Source: Deltaproteobacteria bacterium (GTDB lineage Bacteria > Desulfobacterota > Binatia > UBA9968). Taken from it: DNA of 64,000 nt. The translations under genes were made by a program, and so were the position numbers. The DNA lies in assembly GCA_016874755.1 (NCBI GenBank), contig VGTH01000005.1, positions 51,547 through 115,546 of the forward strand. The letters run 5' to 3'. The first letter of the stretch is position 1. Each line of letters opens with the position of its first letter. This document shows positions 27,790 through 36,618 of the stretch, in pieces. The notes beneath the pieces are model-generated. The model worked only from the letters and a program-made list of their open reading frames with translations, was not told where the DNA came from and ran no database searches.

Positions 27790-29322
27790 ATGAGTCGTGA
27801 TTTTAGCCGGCGATCATTTTTGAAAGCGGGCGCAACGGCGGCAGCCGCAATCGCGGCGTGGCCGCGCTATGTTTTGGATGCCAGCGCGGCGTCGCGCGAC
27901 CGGGTGACGATTTTTCACTCGAGCGTGGCCGACTCGATCCATCCCTACAATCATAGCTCCAGCCCGATCTACGGCAACTGGCAGCATGTCATCGAGCCGC
28001 TGCTTGAATACAGCGTTGACCGAAAGGACTTTGTCGGCGTGCTCGTCGAGTCTTGGCAGTTCCAGGGCAACAAGTGGGTCTTCAAGCTGCGCAAGGGTGT
28101 GAAGTTTCACAATGGCGCGACCTTCACAGCGAAGGACGTGGTCTTCTCCGTGGAAAAAATGCGCGATGAAAAGGGCGGCAGCCTGCAGGCGCCCAATTTC
28201 AAAGACGTCGCCGAGATTCAAACCCCGGACGATTACACCGTGGTTTTCGTTACCAAGCAGCCCATGGCGGTATTTTTAGACCGGCTCGATAACCGCTTCG
28301 TGTTGAGCAAAGAAGCCGGCGATAAATTTGGCGATAAGATTTATGAAAACCTTATCGGCACCGGCCCGTATAAATTTGTCAGCTACCAGCGCGGCGGCAA
28401 CCTGGTGTTCACCCGTAACGACGACTACTGGGGCGGACGAGCCAACATCAAAGAAGTCGTCTTCAAGAAAGTAACCGAAGACGCGGCGCGCTTGGCAGCG
28501 CTGGAGTCGGGCCAAGCGGACTTCATCAACAATGTGCCGGACCATGAAGTGGCGCGCTTGAAAAAACATCCGCGCGTGCGCATCGACCAGGTCGAAGGAC
28601 AGCGGATGTTTTTCTTTGCCTTCAACATGGCGTTTAAGCCATGGGACAACAAACTGGTGCGCCAGGCGGCCAACTATAGCGTCGATGCGCCGGCGATTAT
28701 TCGAAACATCTTCGACGGTATCGGCTATCCGTGCAACGGGCCGGTGGGCGCCAACGTTTTCGGTGCCGACCCGAAACATAAGCGCTATCCGTACGATCCC
28801 AAGAAGGCCAAAGAGTTGCTGGCTCAAGCGGGCTTTCCTAACGGCTGCGATATCCAACTTTACTACTCCGCGGGGCGCTATCCCAAAGACCGCGAAATCT
28901 GCCAAGTGGTGGCCGCGCAAATGGTCAAGAGCGGTTTTCGCGTCGAGCTGATCTCGCAGGAATGGGCGCTATTTTGGGACAAGCAGGGAGTCAACGGTGG
29001 CCGGCTGCCTTTTTACTACATTGGTCGCGGCGGCTTGACCGACGCCGATACGCTGTATGATCAATACTTCCGCACCGGGACAACCAAGAGGACCAACTAC
29101 AGCAACCCTGAGTACGACAAGCTCATCGAAGAGCAGCAGCGCACCTCCGATTCAAAAAAGCGCACGCAGATCCTGCAGCAGGCTGGCAAACATATCATGG
29201 ACGAAGCCTTGTTCATCCCGCTGTTTAACCTCGCGGACATCTACGGTGTCGCGAGGAATTTGGAGTGGAAGAAGCGCCCGGATGAAAAGATCAAGGCCTG
29301 GGACATGAAGATCAAGGCATAG
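27790..29322 (+). CDS. ABC transporter substrate-binding protein family 5, second paralog
   Basis: MSRDFSRRSFLKAGATAAAAIAAW Tat leader, preceded by ggaggg. Confidence 0.88.
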   Translation: MSRDFSRRSFLKAGATAAAAIAAWPRYVLDASAASRDRVTIFHSSVADSIHPYNHSSSPIYGNWQHVIEPLLEYSVDRKDFVGVLVESWQFQGNKWVFKLRKGVKFHNGATFTAKDVVFSVEKMRDEKGGSLQAPNFKDVAEIQTPDDYTVVFVTKQPMAVFLDRLDNRFVLSKEAGDKFGDKIYENLIGTGPYKFVSYQRGGNLVFTRNDDYWGGRANIKEVVFKKVTEDAARLAALESGQADFINNVPDHEVARLKKHPRVRIDQVEGQRMFFFAFNMAFKPWDNKLVRQAANYSVDAPAIIRNIFDGIGYPCNGPVGANVFGADPKHKRYPYDPKKAKELLAQAGFPNGCDIQLYYSAGRYPKDREICQVVAAQMVKSGFRVELISQEWALFWDKQGVNGGRLPFYYIGRGGLTDADTLYDQYFRTGTTKRTNYSNPEYDKLIEEQQRTSDSKKRTQILQQAGKHIMDEALFIPLFNLADIYGVARNLEWKKRPDEKIKAWDMKIKA

Positions 29323-29354
29323 AGAGTCCGAGCCCGCGTTGTTGACGGTATGAA

Positions 29355-29549
29355 GGCGATCGAGGTGGAACTCTGGAGGAGCGAAGGCAACAGGGCATCG
29401 CGTAAACGCCGCGATGTAGGGGCGACCGGCGGTCGCCCTCTTTTGCGACCTAGCGATGCAAGAATCGAAGATGAATTCCAAGCAGCGGCAAACGAAACGA
29501 AAGTTTCGCGCTGATGCCTTCGCTCCTCCAGAGTTCCACCTCGATCGCC
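29355..29549. repeat. MITE-like element: perfect 35-bp terminal inverted repeats around a 125-bp core
   Basis: ggcgatcgaggtggaactctggaggagcgaaggca (29355-29389) is the exact reverse complement of 29515-29549. The core contains a GTAGGGGCG terminator hairpin (29416-29448). Confidence 0.75.
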
Positions 29550-29647
29550 ACAGTATCGTTGGTTTCCCAAGAACCTGAATAGCCCGGGCTAAGTCTGGGG
29601 GCGGAGGGTGCGCAACGACAGCAGCAGATTTCCCAATAGGAGCATTG

Positions 29648-31177
29648 ATGAGTTCAAGAGGTAACGGAATCAATCGCAGAGATTTTCTCAAGAACAGCGC
29701 CATCGCGGGTCTTGGTGCACTCGCCAGTTCAGGATTGGCCAAGTTCAGCTATGCGGCCTCGAAGGACCGCCTCACGGCGCTGAGCAGCATCGGTCTCGAC
29801 ACCCTGCACCCCTATGCGCACAGCTCGAGCCCACAATACGGCATCTGGCACAACATGCTCGAGCCGTTGGTAGAAGTCGACTACGCCAAGAAAGATTACT
29901 TCGGCGTCCTCGCCGAGTCATGGCAATTTCAGGGCAAGAAGTGGGTGATCAAGCTGCGCAAGGGCGTCCGCTTTCACGATACCAGCCCGTTCACCGCTAA
30001 AGACGTCGTCTACTCGATCAACCGATTGAAAAACGACAAAGAGAGCATGCAAAAAGATAACTTTCGCGACTTTGTCGAGGTCCAGGCGGCGGATGATCAT
30101 ACCGTGATCATAACCACTGAGCAGCCGGTGGCGGTGATGATGGACCGCTTGCAGAACCGCTTCATCCTCTCGAAATCCGGCACCGAAGCGCAAGGTAGTC
30201 AGGGCGAGTTAAAGCCCGTCGGTACCGGCCCGTACAAGTTTCAAAGCTGGCAGCGCGACGGCAATCTCGTGATGGTGCGCAACGACAGCTACTGGGGAAC
30301 GAAGCCGTCGGTCCGAGAGATCGTCGTGCGCCGTGTGAAAGAGGACTCCGCTCGGGTCGCGGGCTTGCTCGCCGGGCAAGGCGATGTGACCAACAATGTG
30401 CCGGTGGAAGAGCTGTCGCGCTTCGATAACCATCCGCGCATTCGCGCGGAGAAAGTCGAAGGCGTGCGCATGTATTTTCTCGCCATGAACGTGACGCACA
30501 AGCCGTTTGATAACAAATTAGTCCGCCAGGCGATCAACTACGCGGTCGATCCGTCGGCGATCATCAAACATATTTACGAAGGCAACGGCTACGTGATGAA
30601 CGGCCCGCTCGGCTCCAACGTCATCGGCTTCGATCCCAAGATCAAGCGCTATCCAGTAGACATCAATAAAGGCAAGGAGCTGCTCACCAAAGCCGGCTAT
30701 CCCAACGGCTTGGACATAAAGCTTTATTTTTCACCCGATCGCTATCCCAAAGCCAAAGAGGTCTGCCAGGTGATCGCCGACCAATTAGCCAAGATCGGCA
30801 TCAAAACCGAATTGGTCTCGCAGGAGTTCGTCATCTTCTGGGGCAAAGAAGGCGTCAACGGCGGCAAGCTCGGCTTTTACTACGTCGGCCGCCCGGCGGC
30901 GGACGCCGATACGGTTTACGATCAGTACTATCGCTCCGGCGTCAGCCCGCGCATTCAATACAAGAATCCGGAGTTCGACAAGCTGATCGATGAAGAGCAA
31001 AGGATCGGCGACCCGAAAAAGCGCATCGCACTACTGCAACAGGCAGGGCGTATTCTCATGGAAGACGTGCCGTTCTGCCCGCTCTACACATTGGCAGAAA
31101 TCTACGGCGTCGCGCGCAACGTGAAATGGAAAGCGCGGCCGGATGAAAAGCTGCTTTACGCAGATATGAAGATTTGA
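29648..31177 (+). CDS. ABC transporter substrate-binding protein family 5, third paralog
   Basis: MSSRGNGINRRDFLKNSAIAGLGALASSG Tat leader, preceded by RBS aggag. Confidence 0.88.
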   Translation: MSSRGNGINRRDFLKNSAIAGLGALASSGLAKFSYAASKDRLTALSSIGLDTLHPYAHSSSPQYGIWHNMLEPLVEVDYAKKDYFGVLAESWQFQGKKWVIKLRKGVRFHDTSPFTAKDVVYSINRLKNDKESMQKDNFRDFVEVQAADDHTVIITTEQPVAVMMDRLQNRFILSKSGTEAQGSQGELKPVGTGPYKFQSWQRDGNLVMVRNDSYWGTKPSVREIVVRRVKEDSARVAGLLAGQGDVTNNVPVEELSRFDNHPRIRAEKVEGVRMYFLAMNVTHKPFDNKLVRQAINYAVDPSAIIKHIYEGNGYVMNGPLGSNVIGFDPKIKRYPVDINKGKELLTKAGYPNGLDIKLYFSPDRYPKAKEVCQVIADQLAKIGIKTELVSQEFVIFWGKEGVNGGKLGFYYVGRPAADADTVYDQYYRSGVSPRIQYKNPEFDKLIDEEQRIGDPKKRIALLQQAGRILMEDVPFCPLYTLAEIYGVARNVKWKARPDEKLLYADMKI

Positions 31178-31179
31178 TC

Positions 31180-31207
31180 GTAGTGACAGGTCGCGACCTG
31201 TCACTAC
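31180..31207. promoter_or_regulatory. perfect 28-nt palindrome immediately after the third SBP gene
   Basis: gtagtgacaggtc gc gacctgtcactac with no U-tract. Could be an operator or a bidirectional hairpin. Confidence 0.5.
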
Positions 31208-31326
31208 ACGCGCTCGTAGGATGGGTTGAGCGTCAGCGATACCCATCACCCAACCGCGTCTCGAAAGAGAAGCATGACATTGGGGTCAACACGGCGTAGG
31301 GGCGCAATTCATTGCGCCCGCCCGAC

Positions 31327-32211
31327 TCAGTTCGTCACCGCCGTGCCCGTCAGCATCTGAATAATTCGCTCCAAGTCGTCCGTCGAGTAGTATTCGATTT
31401 CAATCTTGCCTTTTTTCGATCTTGCCTTCGGCAGCAAGCGCACCTTGGTGCCGAGGCGGCGCTGAATATTTTCAACTAAAGATCGTAAATCCGGATCGAG
31501 CTGACCCGGTTCGCGCCGGCGCCGCCGGCCGGTTTTCAAGTGGCGCACGAGCTTTTCCGTTTCGCGCGTCGACAAGCCTTTACTGATAACTTCCCGCGCA
31601 GCGGAAACGATCAACAAGTCTGCCTGCAGGCCAAGTAGCGCCCGCGCTTGGCCGGCGGGAAGATTACCGGCGGCTACTTCATGTTGTACTTCGCTCGGCA
31701 GTGAGAGCAACCGAATCGAGTTGGCGATCGCCGGACGGCTCTTGCCAACTTTGTCGGCCATCTCTTCGTTGCTCCAGCTAAACTCTTGCTGCAGTCGTCG
31801 GTAGCCGTTGGCTTCCTCGATGGGGTTCAAGTCTTCGCGCTGAAGATTTTCGACTAGCGCCAGCTGCAGCGCCTCTTGATCGCTAGCTTCACGCACGACC
31901 ACCGGAACCTCGGTGAGGCCGGCCTTCATGGCGGCGCGCCAGCGGCGCTCACCGGCGATCAGCTCGTAGTCGCCGTCCTTGGGCCGGACGACAAGCGGCT
32001 GAATGATCCCCTGATTGCGGATCGAGGCCGCGAGCTCGTCGATTTTCGCCTCATCGAACGTGCGGCGTGGCTGAAACGGGCTCGGCGTGATGCGCTCAAC
32101 GCCGACTTCCGTGGTGGCGGATTCCCCGTGAGGTTCAACCAGCGGCTCACTAGCGCTCGGGATCAGCGCGCTCAGACCTCTACCAAGTCCCATTTTTTTC
32201 GGCACTGACAT
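31327..32211 (-). CDS. parB: chromosome partitioning protein ParB (Spo0J)
   Basis: [11 protein letters not shown] ParB box, [24 protein letters not shown]. Confidence 0.92.
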   Translation of the reverse strand: MSVPKKMGLGRGLSALIPSASEPLVEPHGESATTEVGVERITPSPFQPRRTFDEAKIDELAASIRNQGIIQPLVVRPKDGDYELIAGERRWRAAMKAGLTEVPVVVREASDQEALQLALVENLQREDLNPIEEANGYRRLQQEFSWSNEEMADKVGKSRPAIANSIRLLSLPSEVQHEVAAGNLPAGQARALLGLQADLLIVSAAREVISKGLSTRETEKLVRHLKTGRRRRREPGQLDPDLRSLVENIQRRLGTKVRLLPKARSKKGKIEIEYYSTDDLERIIQMLTGTAVTN

Positions 32212-32983
32212 TTTCTTCTTCAGCTCCACGATTAATTAGTTCTCTGGCTAAATCTTGATAATCCTGCGCTCCGGTTGACGTGGGATCGTACAAGCAAATG
32301 GGTTTGCCGTAACTTGGACTTTCGCTCAGACGCACATTGCGGCGGATGATGGTTTGAAAAATCTTGTCGGGAAAATGGCTGCGAATCTCCTCGACGACTT
32401 GATGTGAGAGGCGGTTGCGGCTGTCGAACATAGTGATGACGATGCCCTCGAGCGTTAGAGCCGGATTCAAATTTTTCTGCACCAGGCTGACGGTTTCTAA
32501 AATCGCAGTGAGTCCCTCAAGGGCGTAGTATTCACTTTGGATCGGCACGATAAGAGAGTTGGCGGCTGTCAACGCATTGAGCGTAATCAGTCCAAGTGAC
32601 GGTGGACAATCAAGCAGCACGTAGTCATAGTGATCGCGCACAGTGGTCAGCGCGTCTTTGAGGCGAAACTCGCGCCGCTCAACGCTTACCAGTTCGATCT
32701 CAGCGCCGACGAGGTTTTTACTCGCTGGAATCATTAGTAGCTGAGGAATCTCGGTTTGGCAGAGGACTTCGCCGATGAAGCGCGTGCCCGAAAGCACTTC
32801 ATACAGGCTCCCTTGCAAGGCGGAACGGTCGATGCCGAGGCCCGTGGTGCTGTTGCCTTGGGGATCGATGTCGACCAATAGAGTTCGTTTGCCTTCAGTC
32901 GCCAGCGCCGCGGCGAGATTAATCGAAGTCGTGGTCTTGCCCACGCCCCCCTTCTGATTCGCGATCGCCAGAACGACACTCAT
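32180..32983 (-). CDS. parA: chromosome partitioning ATPase ParA (Soj)
   Basis: [28 protein letters not shown] deviant Walker A. Confidence 0.95.
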   Translation of the reverse strand: MSVVLAIANQKGGVGKTTTSINLAAALATEGKRTLLVDIDPQGNSTTGLGIDRSALQGSLYEVLSGTRFIGEVLCQTEIPQLLMIPASKNLVGAEIELVSVERREFRLKDALTTVRDHYDYVLLDCPPSLGLITLNALTAANSLIVPIQSEYYALEGLTAILETVSLVQKNLNPALTLEGIVITMFDSRNRLSHQVVEEIRSHFPDKIFQTIIRRNVRLSESPSYGKPICLYDPTSTGAQDYQDLARELINRGAEEENVSAEKNGTW

Positions 32984-33073
32984 ATATTTCTCTTTAAAAT
33001 CAATATGTTATGATTTTATTGCCGACGTGACCAAAGTACCACGAAGAGTTAAGAAAGGAAAGAAAAATCTATC

Positions 33074-33089
33074 CGTTTCACGTGAAACA
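33074..33089. promoter_or_regulatory. parS centromere site
   Basis: cGTTTCACGTGAAACa matches the TGTTTCACGTGAAACA consensus across the full 14-bp palindromic core. Confidence 0.85.
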
Positions 33090-33107
33090 GATCAGAAAAG
33101 GCGAAGA

Positions 33108-34988
33108 TTAAGCGCTCTTGCGCCGGGTCAAATGCACTGATAGCAGCGATATCGCCGCGGGTGTAACGCCCGAAATACGTGAGGCTTGGCCCAGTGAGCG
33201 TGGCCGGATGCGGGTGAGTTTCTCGCACACCTCTCGCGATAGCCCGCTGATCTGCGAGTAGTCGAAATCTTCTGGAACTCGCACATGCTCCATTTTTTGG
33301 AATCGCTGCACGATTTCCACTTGGCGGTCGACGTAGCCTTCGTATTTTGTGCTGAGCTCGACCTGAGCATCGGCGTCAGCTGAGAAGCTCGGCATGTCCG
33401 GAGCCAGGCGGCGGAGCTGATTCAGGCTAACTTCGGGTCGGCGCAGTAGCTGCGCCAGTGAGCAATGGTTCTTCAGTGGCGCTGTGCCGAGCTCCGTAAG
33501 CAGCGCATTGACTTCGCTGGTCGGAGTCACCTGCCGACTTTGCAGGAATGCATTGAGCTGGTCGATCGCATTTTTCTTATCTACGACCCGGATATTTCGT
33601 TTGCTATTCGCAAGGCCGATCCGATGACCTATTTCAGTGAGTCGCAAGTCGGCATTGTCCTCGCGCAACAATAGGCGATACTCGGCTCGTGAAGTAAACA
33701 TTCTATAGGGTTCGCTATCCGTGCCCTTGGTCACCAAGTCGTCGACTAGCACGCCGAGGTAAGCTTGGTCGCGGGAGAAGACGATGGGCTCTTGGCCGCG
33801 CAGGCTCAAGACAGCGTTTATCGCTGCAATCAATCCCTGAGCCGCTGCTTCCTCGTAGCCGGTGGTTCCGTTGATCTGTCCCGCATGGTAAAGCCCGCGC
33901 ACCAGCTTGGTTTCGAGCGACGGATGGAGCTGGGTCGGCTCGACGTAGTCGTATTCGATGGCGTAGCCCGGACGCATGATCTCGGCGTTTTCGAGTCCTT
34001 CGATCGAATGAACCATCTCGAGTTGCACATCTAGGGGTAGACTTGTCGACAAACCATTGGGATATACCTCGACAGTGTCGAGTCCCTCCGGCTCTAAGAA
34101 TATCTGGTGGCGGCTCTTATCGGCGAAGCGATGGATCTTGTCTTCGATCGACGGGCAGTAGCGCGGCCCACGGCTCTTGATGATTCCGGAATACATGGGC
34201 GAGCGATGCAGTGCGGCCCGTATCACTTCGTGGGTGCGTTCATTGGTATAAGTTATGTGGCAAGGCACCTGGCGCTGGGTGACACCGTTGCTCAAGAAAG
34301 AAAATGGCATCGGCGGATCGTCGCCGGGTTGGACTTGGAGATTTGAATAATCGATAGTGCGCGCATCGAGGCGTGGGCAGGTGCCGGTCTTGAGACGACC
34401 TACTTTGAAGCCGAGCGCAACCAGTGACTCGCTCAAACCTTGCACAGCGAAGTCGCCGGCACGACCAGCGGAATAGTTAGTCTCCCCGATATGGATCAGC
34501 CCTTTAAGAAAAGTACCAGTGGTGAGGATGACGCGTCGGCCGTAGAACTTCTCACCGATCTGAGTTTCGACGCCCTTGACTTCGCCGTTCTCTACTAGCA
34601 GTTTCTCTGCACTACCTTGGCGCAGGGTTAGTCCAGGGCAGTTTTCCAAAACACGCTTCATGCGCAACCTGTAAAGAGCCTTATCAGCCTGCGCTCTTGA
34701 GGCACGGACCGCTGGGCCTTTGCGGGTATTGAGCATGCGAAACTGAATACCGGTTTCGTCAATTGCCAAACCCATCTCGCCGCCCAGGGCGTCAATCTCT
34801 TTCACCAGGTGGCCTTTTCCAATGCCACCGATGGCTGGGTTGCAGGACATCTGGCCAATGTGGTCCAGATTCAAAGTAAGCATCAGCGCGTCGCAGCCCA
34901 TGCGAGACACAGCCAAGCAGGCTTCGATGCCGGCATGGCCGGCGCCGACGACTATCACCTCGAAAATCTTGTTCTGTCTCGTGCTCAT
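33108..34988 (-). CDS. mnmG: tRNA uridine 5-carboxymethylaminomethyl modification enzyme MnmG (GidA)
   Basis: [21 protein letters not shown] motif, 626 aa, MnmG C-terminal domain. Confidence 0.96.
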   Translation of the reverse strand: MSTRQNKIFEVIVVGAGHAGIEACLAVSRMGCDALMLTLNLDHIGQMSCNPAIGGIGKGHLVKEIDALGGEMGLAIDETGIQFRMLNTRKGPAVRASRAQADKALYRLRMKRVLENCPGLTLRQGSAEKLLVENGEVKGVETQIGEKFYGRRVILTTGTFLKGLIHIGETNYSAGRAGDFAVQGLSESLVALGFKVGRLKTGTCPRLDARTIDYSNLQVQPGDDPPMPFSFLSNGVTQRQVPCHITYTNERTHEVIRAALHRSPMYSGIIKSRGPRYCPSIEDKIHRFADKSRHQIFLEPEGLDTVEVYPNGLSTSLPLDVQLEMVHSIEGLENAEIMRPGYAIEYDYVEPTQLHPSLETKLVRGLYHAGQINGTTGYEEAAAQGLIAAINAVLSLRGQEPIVFSRDQAYLGVLVDDLVTKGTDSEPYRMFTSRAEYRLLLREDNADLRLTEIGHRIGLANSKRNIRVVDKKNAIDQLNAFLQSRQVTPTSEVNALLTELGTAPLKNHCSLAQLLRRPEVSLNQLRRLAPDMPSFSADADAQVELSTKYEGYVDRQVEIVQRFQKMEHVRVPEDFDYSQISGLSREVCEKLTRIRPRSLGQASRISGVTPAAISLLSVHLTRRKSA

Positions 34989-35004
34989 TGTTTCACGTGA
35001 AACG
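34989..35004. promoter_or_regulatory. second parS site
   Basis: TGTTTCACGTGAAACg, 15 of 16 to consensus, overlapping the mnmG start codon region. Confidence 0.85.
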
Positions 35005-35064
35005 GGACCCGGTGTGGGTGCAATTAATGCATTTTCACCAGGAAAGTTTCTATATTTATTTTAG

Positions 35065-36441
35065 TTACTTACCTATACAAAAGCTGCTGAACACATGGTC
35101 CAAAACAGCCTCATTGTCGATCACGCCGACGATCTCTTCCAAGCCCTGGCGTGCTTCGTTGAGATCAACGGCAATGAATTCGGGCGCATGGCCGAGTGAC
35201 AATGTCGCTGCGGCCCGGAGCAACGCTTGCTCGCTGCGAACGAGTGCGGCCTTGTGGCGTAGATTGGTTACGATCACCGGCGGTTCGCCAGCCGTCGAAA
35301 AGATTAGATCATGGAGAGTAAGCTTTAGGTTGTCTAGTCCGTCACCCGTCTTTGCCGATACCACTGTGACCTGGTCGATGTCGAACTCATGCGCGAGACT
35401 TTCAGGACTTATGATCTGCGGCATGTCCGCTTTGTTGATGACCGCCAATATTTTTTTCCCATTGCAGGATTGGATCAGCCCGATGTCATCGCCGGTCAGC
35501 GTAGTCGACCCGTCCAGCACGAGCATCACGGCGTCAGCTTGCTGCATATGGCGGCGCGACAGGTTCACTCCGATCTGCTCGACTTGGTCATCGGTTTCGC
35601 GTATTCCCGCAGTATCCCAAAGGACCACGCGCACGCCGGCTAGATTTAGCGATTCCTCGACAACGTCGCGGGTGGTACCCGGCACCGGGGTTACGATAAC
35701 CCGCTCCTCACCGAGCAATGCGTTCAAGAGGCTTGACTTACCGACGTTGGGGCGGCCGCAAAGGCACACGCGCACGCCTTCGCGCAGCAGGCGTCCATAT
35801 TCATAACTATTTGATATTATTACTATTTTTTCAAGTATGCCGGATAGTTTCTGGGCCAATTCTGAGGCCTGCAAGAGCTCAATATCCTCGTCCGGAAAAT
35901 CGATGGCGGCTTCCACTTGAGCGAGAATGTCGAGCAGCTCCTCGCGCAGTTCGTTAACCCATTTCGACAAGCCGCCGCTCATCTGCTCAAGGGCGACCGC
36001 GGCGCTTTTGTCGGTGCGTGCTTGAATCAACTCCAGCACCGCTTCGGCCTGGGCCAAGTCCATTCGACCGTTGAGAAAGCCACGCTTGGTGAATTCGCCC
36101 GGCTCGGCTTGTCGCGCCCCATGAGCCAAGACTAGCTGTAAGACCTGGCGAACAACGAATGCGCCGCCGTGGCAATGAATTTCAACGACGTCTTCACCGG
36201 TGTAGCTGTGCGGCTTGCGCATCACCGTGAGCAGCACCTGGTCCAACACTTTTTCCGAACGTGGATCGCGGATCTTGCCATAATAAAGTTTGTGCGAGTC
36301 GAGCGCGGCACCGTTGCGTTCTTTGCGCACGAAGATATCGCGAGCGATGCGCTCGGCATCGGGCCCGCTGATACGCACGATCGCCACACCGCCCTCACCC
36401 GGCGGCGTCGCGATGGCGGCTATCGTGTCTTCCTTATACAT
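35065..36441 (-). CDS. mnmE: tRNA modification GTPase MnmE (TrmE)
   Basis: MYKEDTIAAIATPPGEGGVAIVRISG, G-domain GRPNVGKSSLLNAL, C-terminal CIGK. Confidence 0.96.
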   Translation of the reverse strand: MYKEDTIAAIATPPGEGGVAIVRISGPDAERIARDIFVRKERNGAALDSHKLYYGKIRDPRSEKVLDQVLLTVMRKPHSYTGEDVVEIHCHGGAFVVRQVLQLVLAHGARQAEPGEFTKRGFLNGRMDLAQAEAVLELIQARTDKSAAVALEQMSGGLSKWVNELREELLDILAQVEAAIDFPDEDIELLQASELAQKLSGILEKIVIISNSYEYGRLLREGVRVCLCGRPNVGKSSLLNALLGEERVIVTPVPGTTRDVVEESLNLAGVRVVLWDTAGIRETDDQVEQIGVNLSRRHMQQADAVMLVLDGSTTLTGDDIGLIQSCNGKKILAVINKADMPQIISPESLAHEFDIDQVTVVSAKTGDGLDNLKLTLHDLIFSTAGEPPVIVTNLRHKAALVRSEQALLRAAATLSLGHAPEFIAVDLNEARQGLEEIVGVIDNEAVLDHVFSSFCIGK

Positions 36442-36561
36442 CGAAAAGCGGAGAGTATCTTAGCAACTTCGGAGTCGGAGGGAAAACACCACGAAGTGAT
36501 TCATGGGTTCAGGCACGCCCGCCTTCATTTGAAAACGTCGAGCAGATTTAGTGAAGCGGGC

Positions 36562-36605
36562 GCAAAAAAGCGGTGCGCCTGCGGCTAAACCACCAGGCAC
36601 ACCGC
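36562..36605 (-). terminator. intrinsic terminator for the secreted-protein gene
   Basis: Minus-strand hairpin gcggtgtgcc...ggcgcaccgc followed by ttttttgc. Confidence 0.6.
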
Positions 36606-36618
36606 GCTGAGGAGGAAC

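Noticed and set aside
31289-31319. Hairpin gtaggggcgcaattcattgcgccc as a classic terminator for parB
   Set aside because: Belongs to the GTAGGGGCG hairpin family, but no U-tract follows on either strand. Kept as a family member in the findings but not called as a confident terminator feature.
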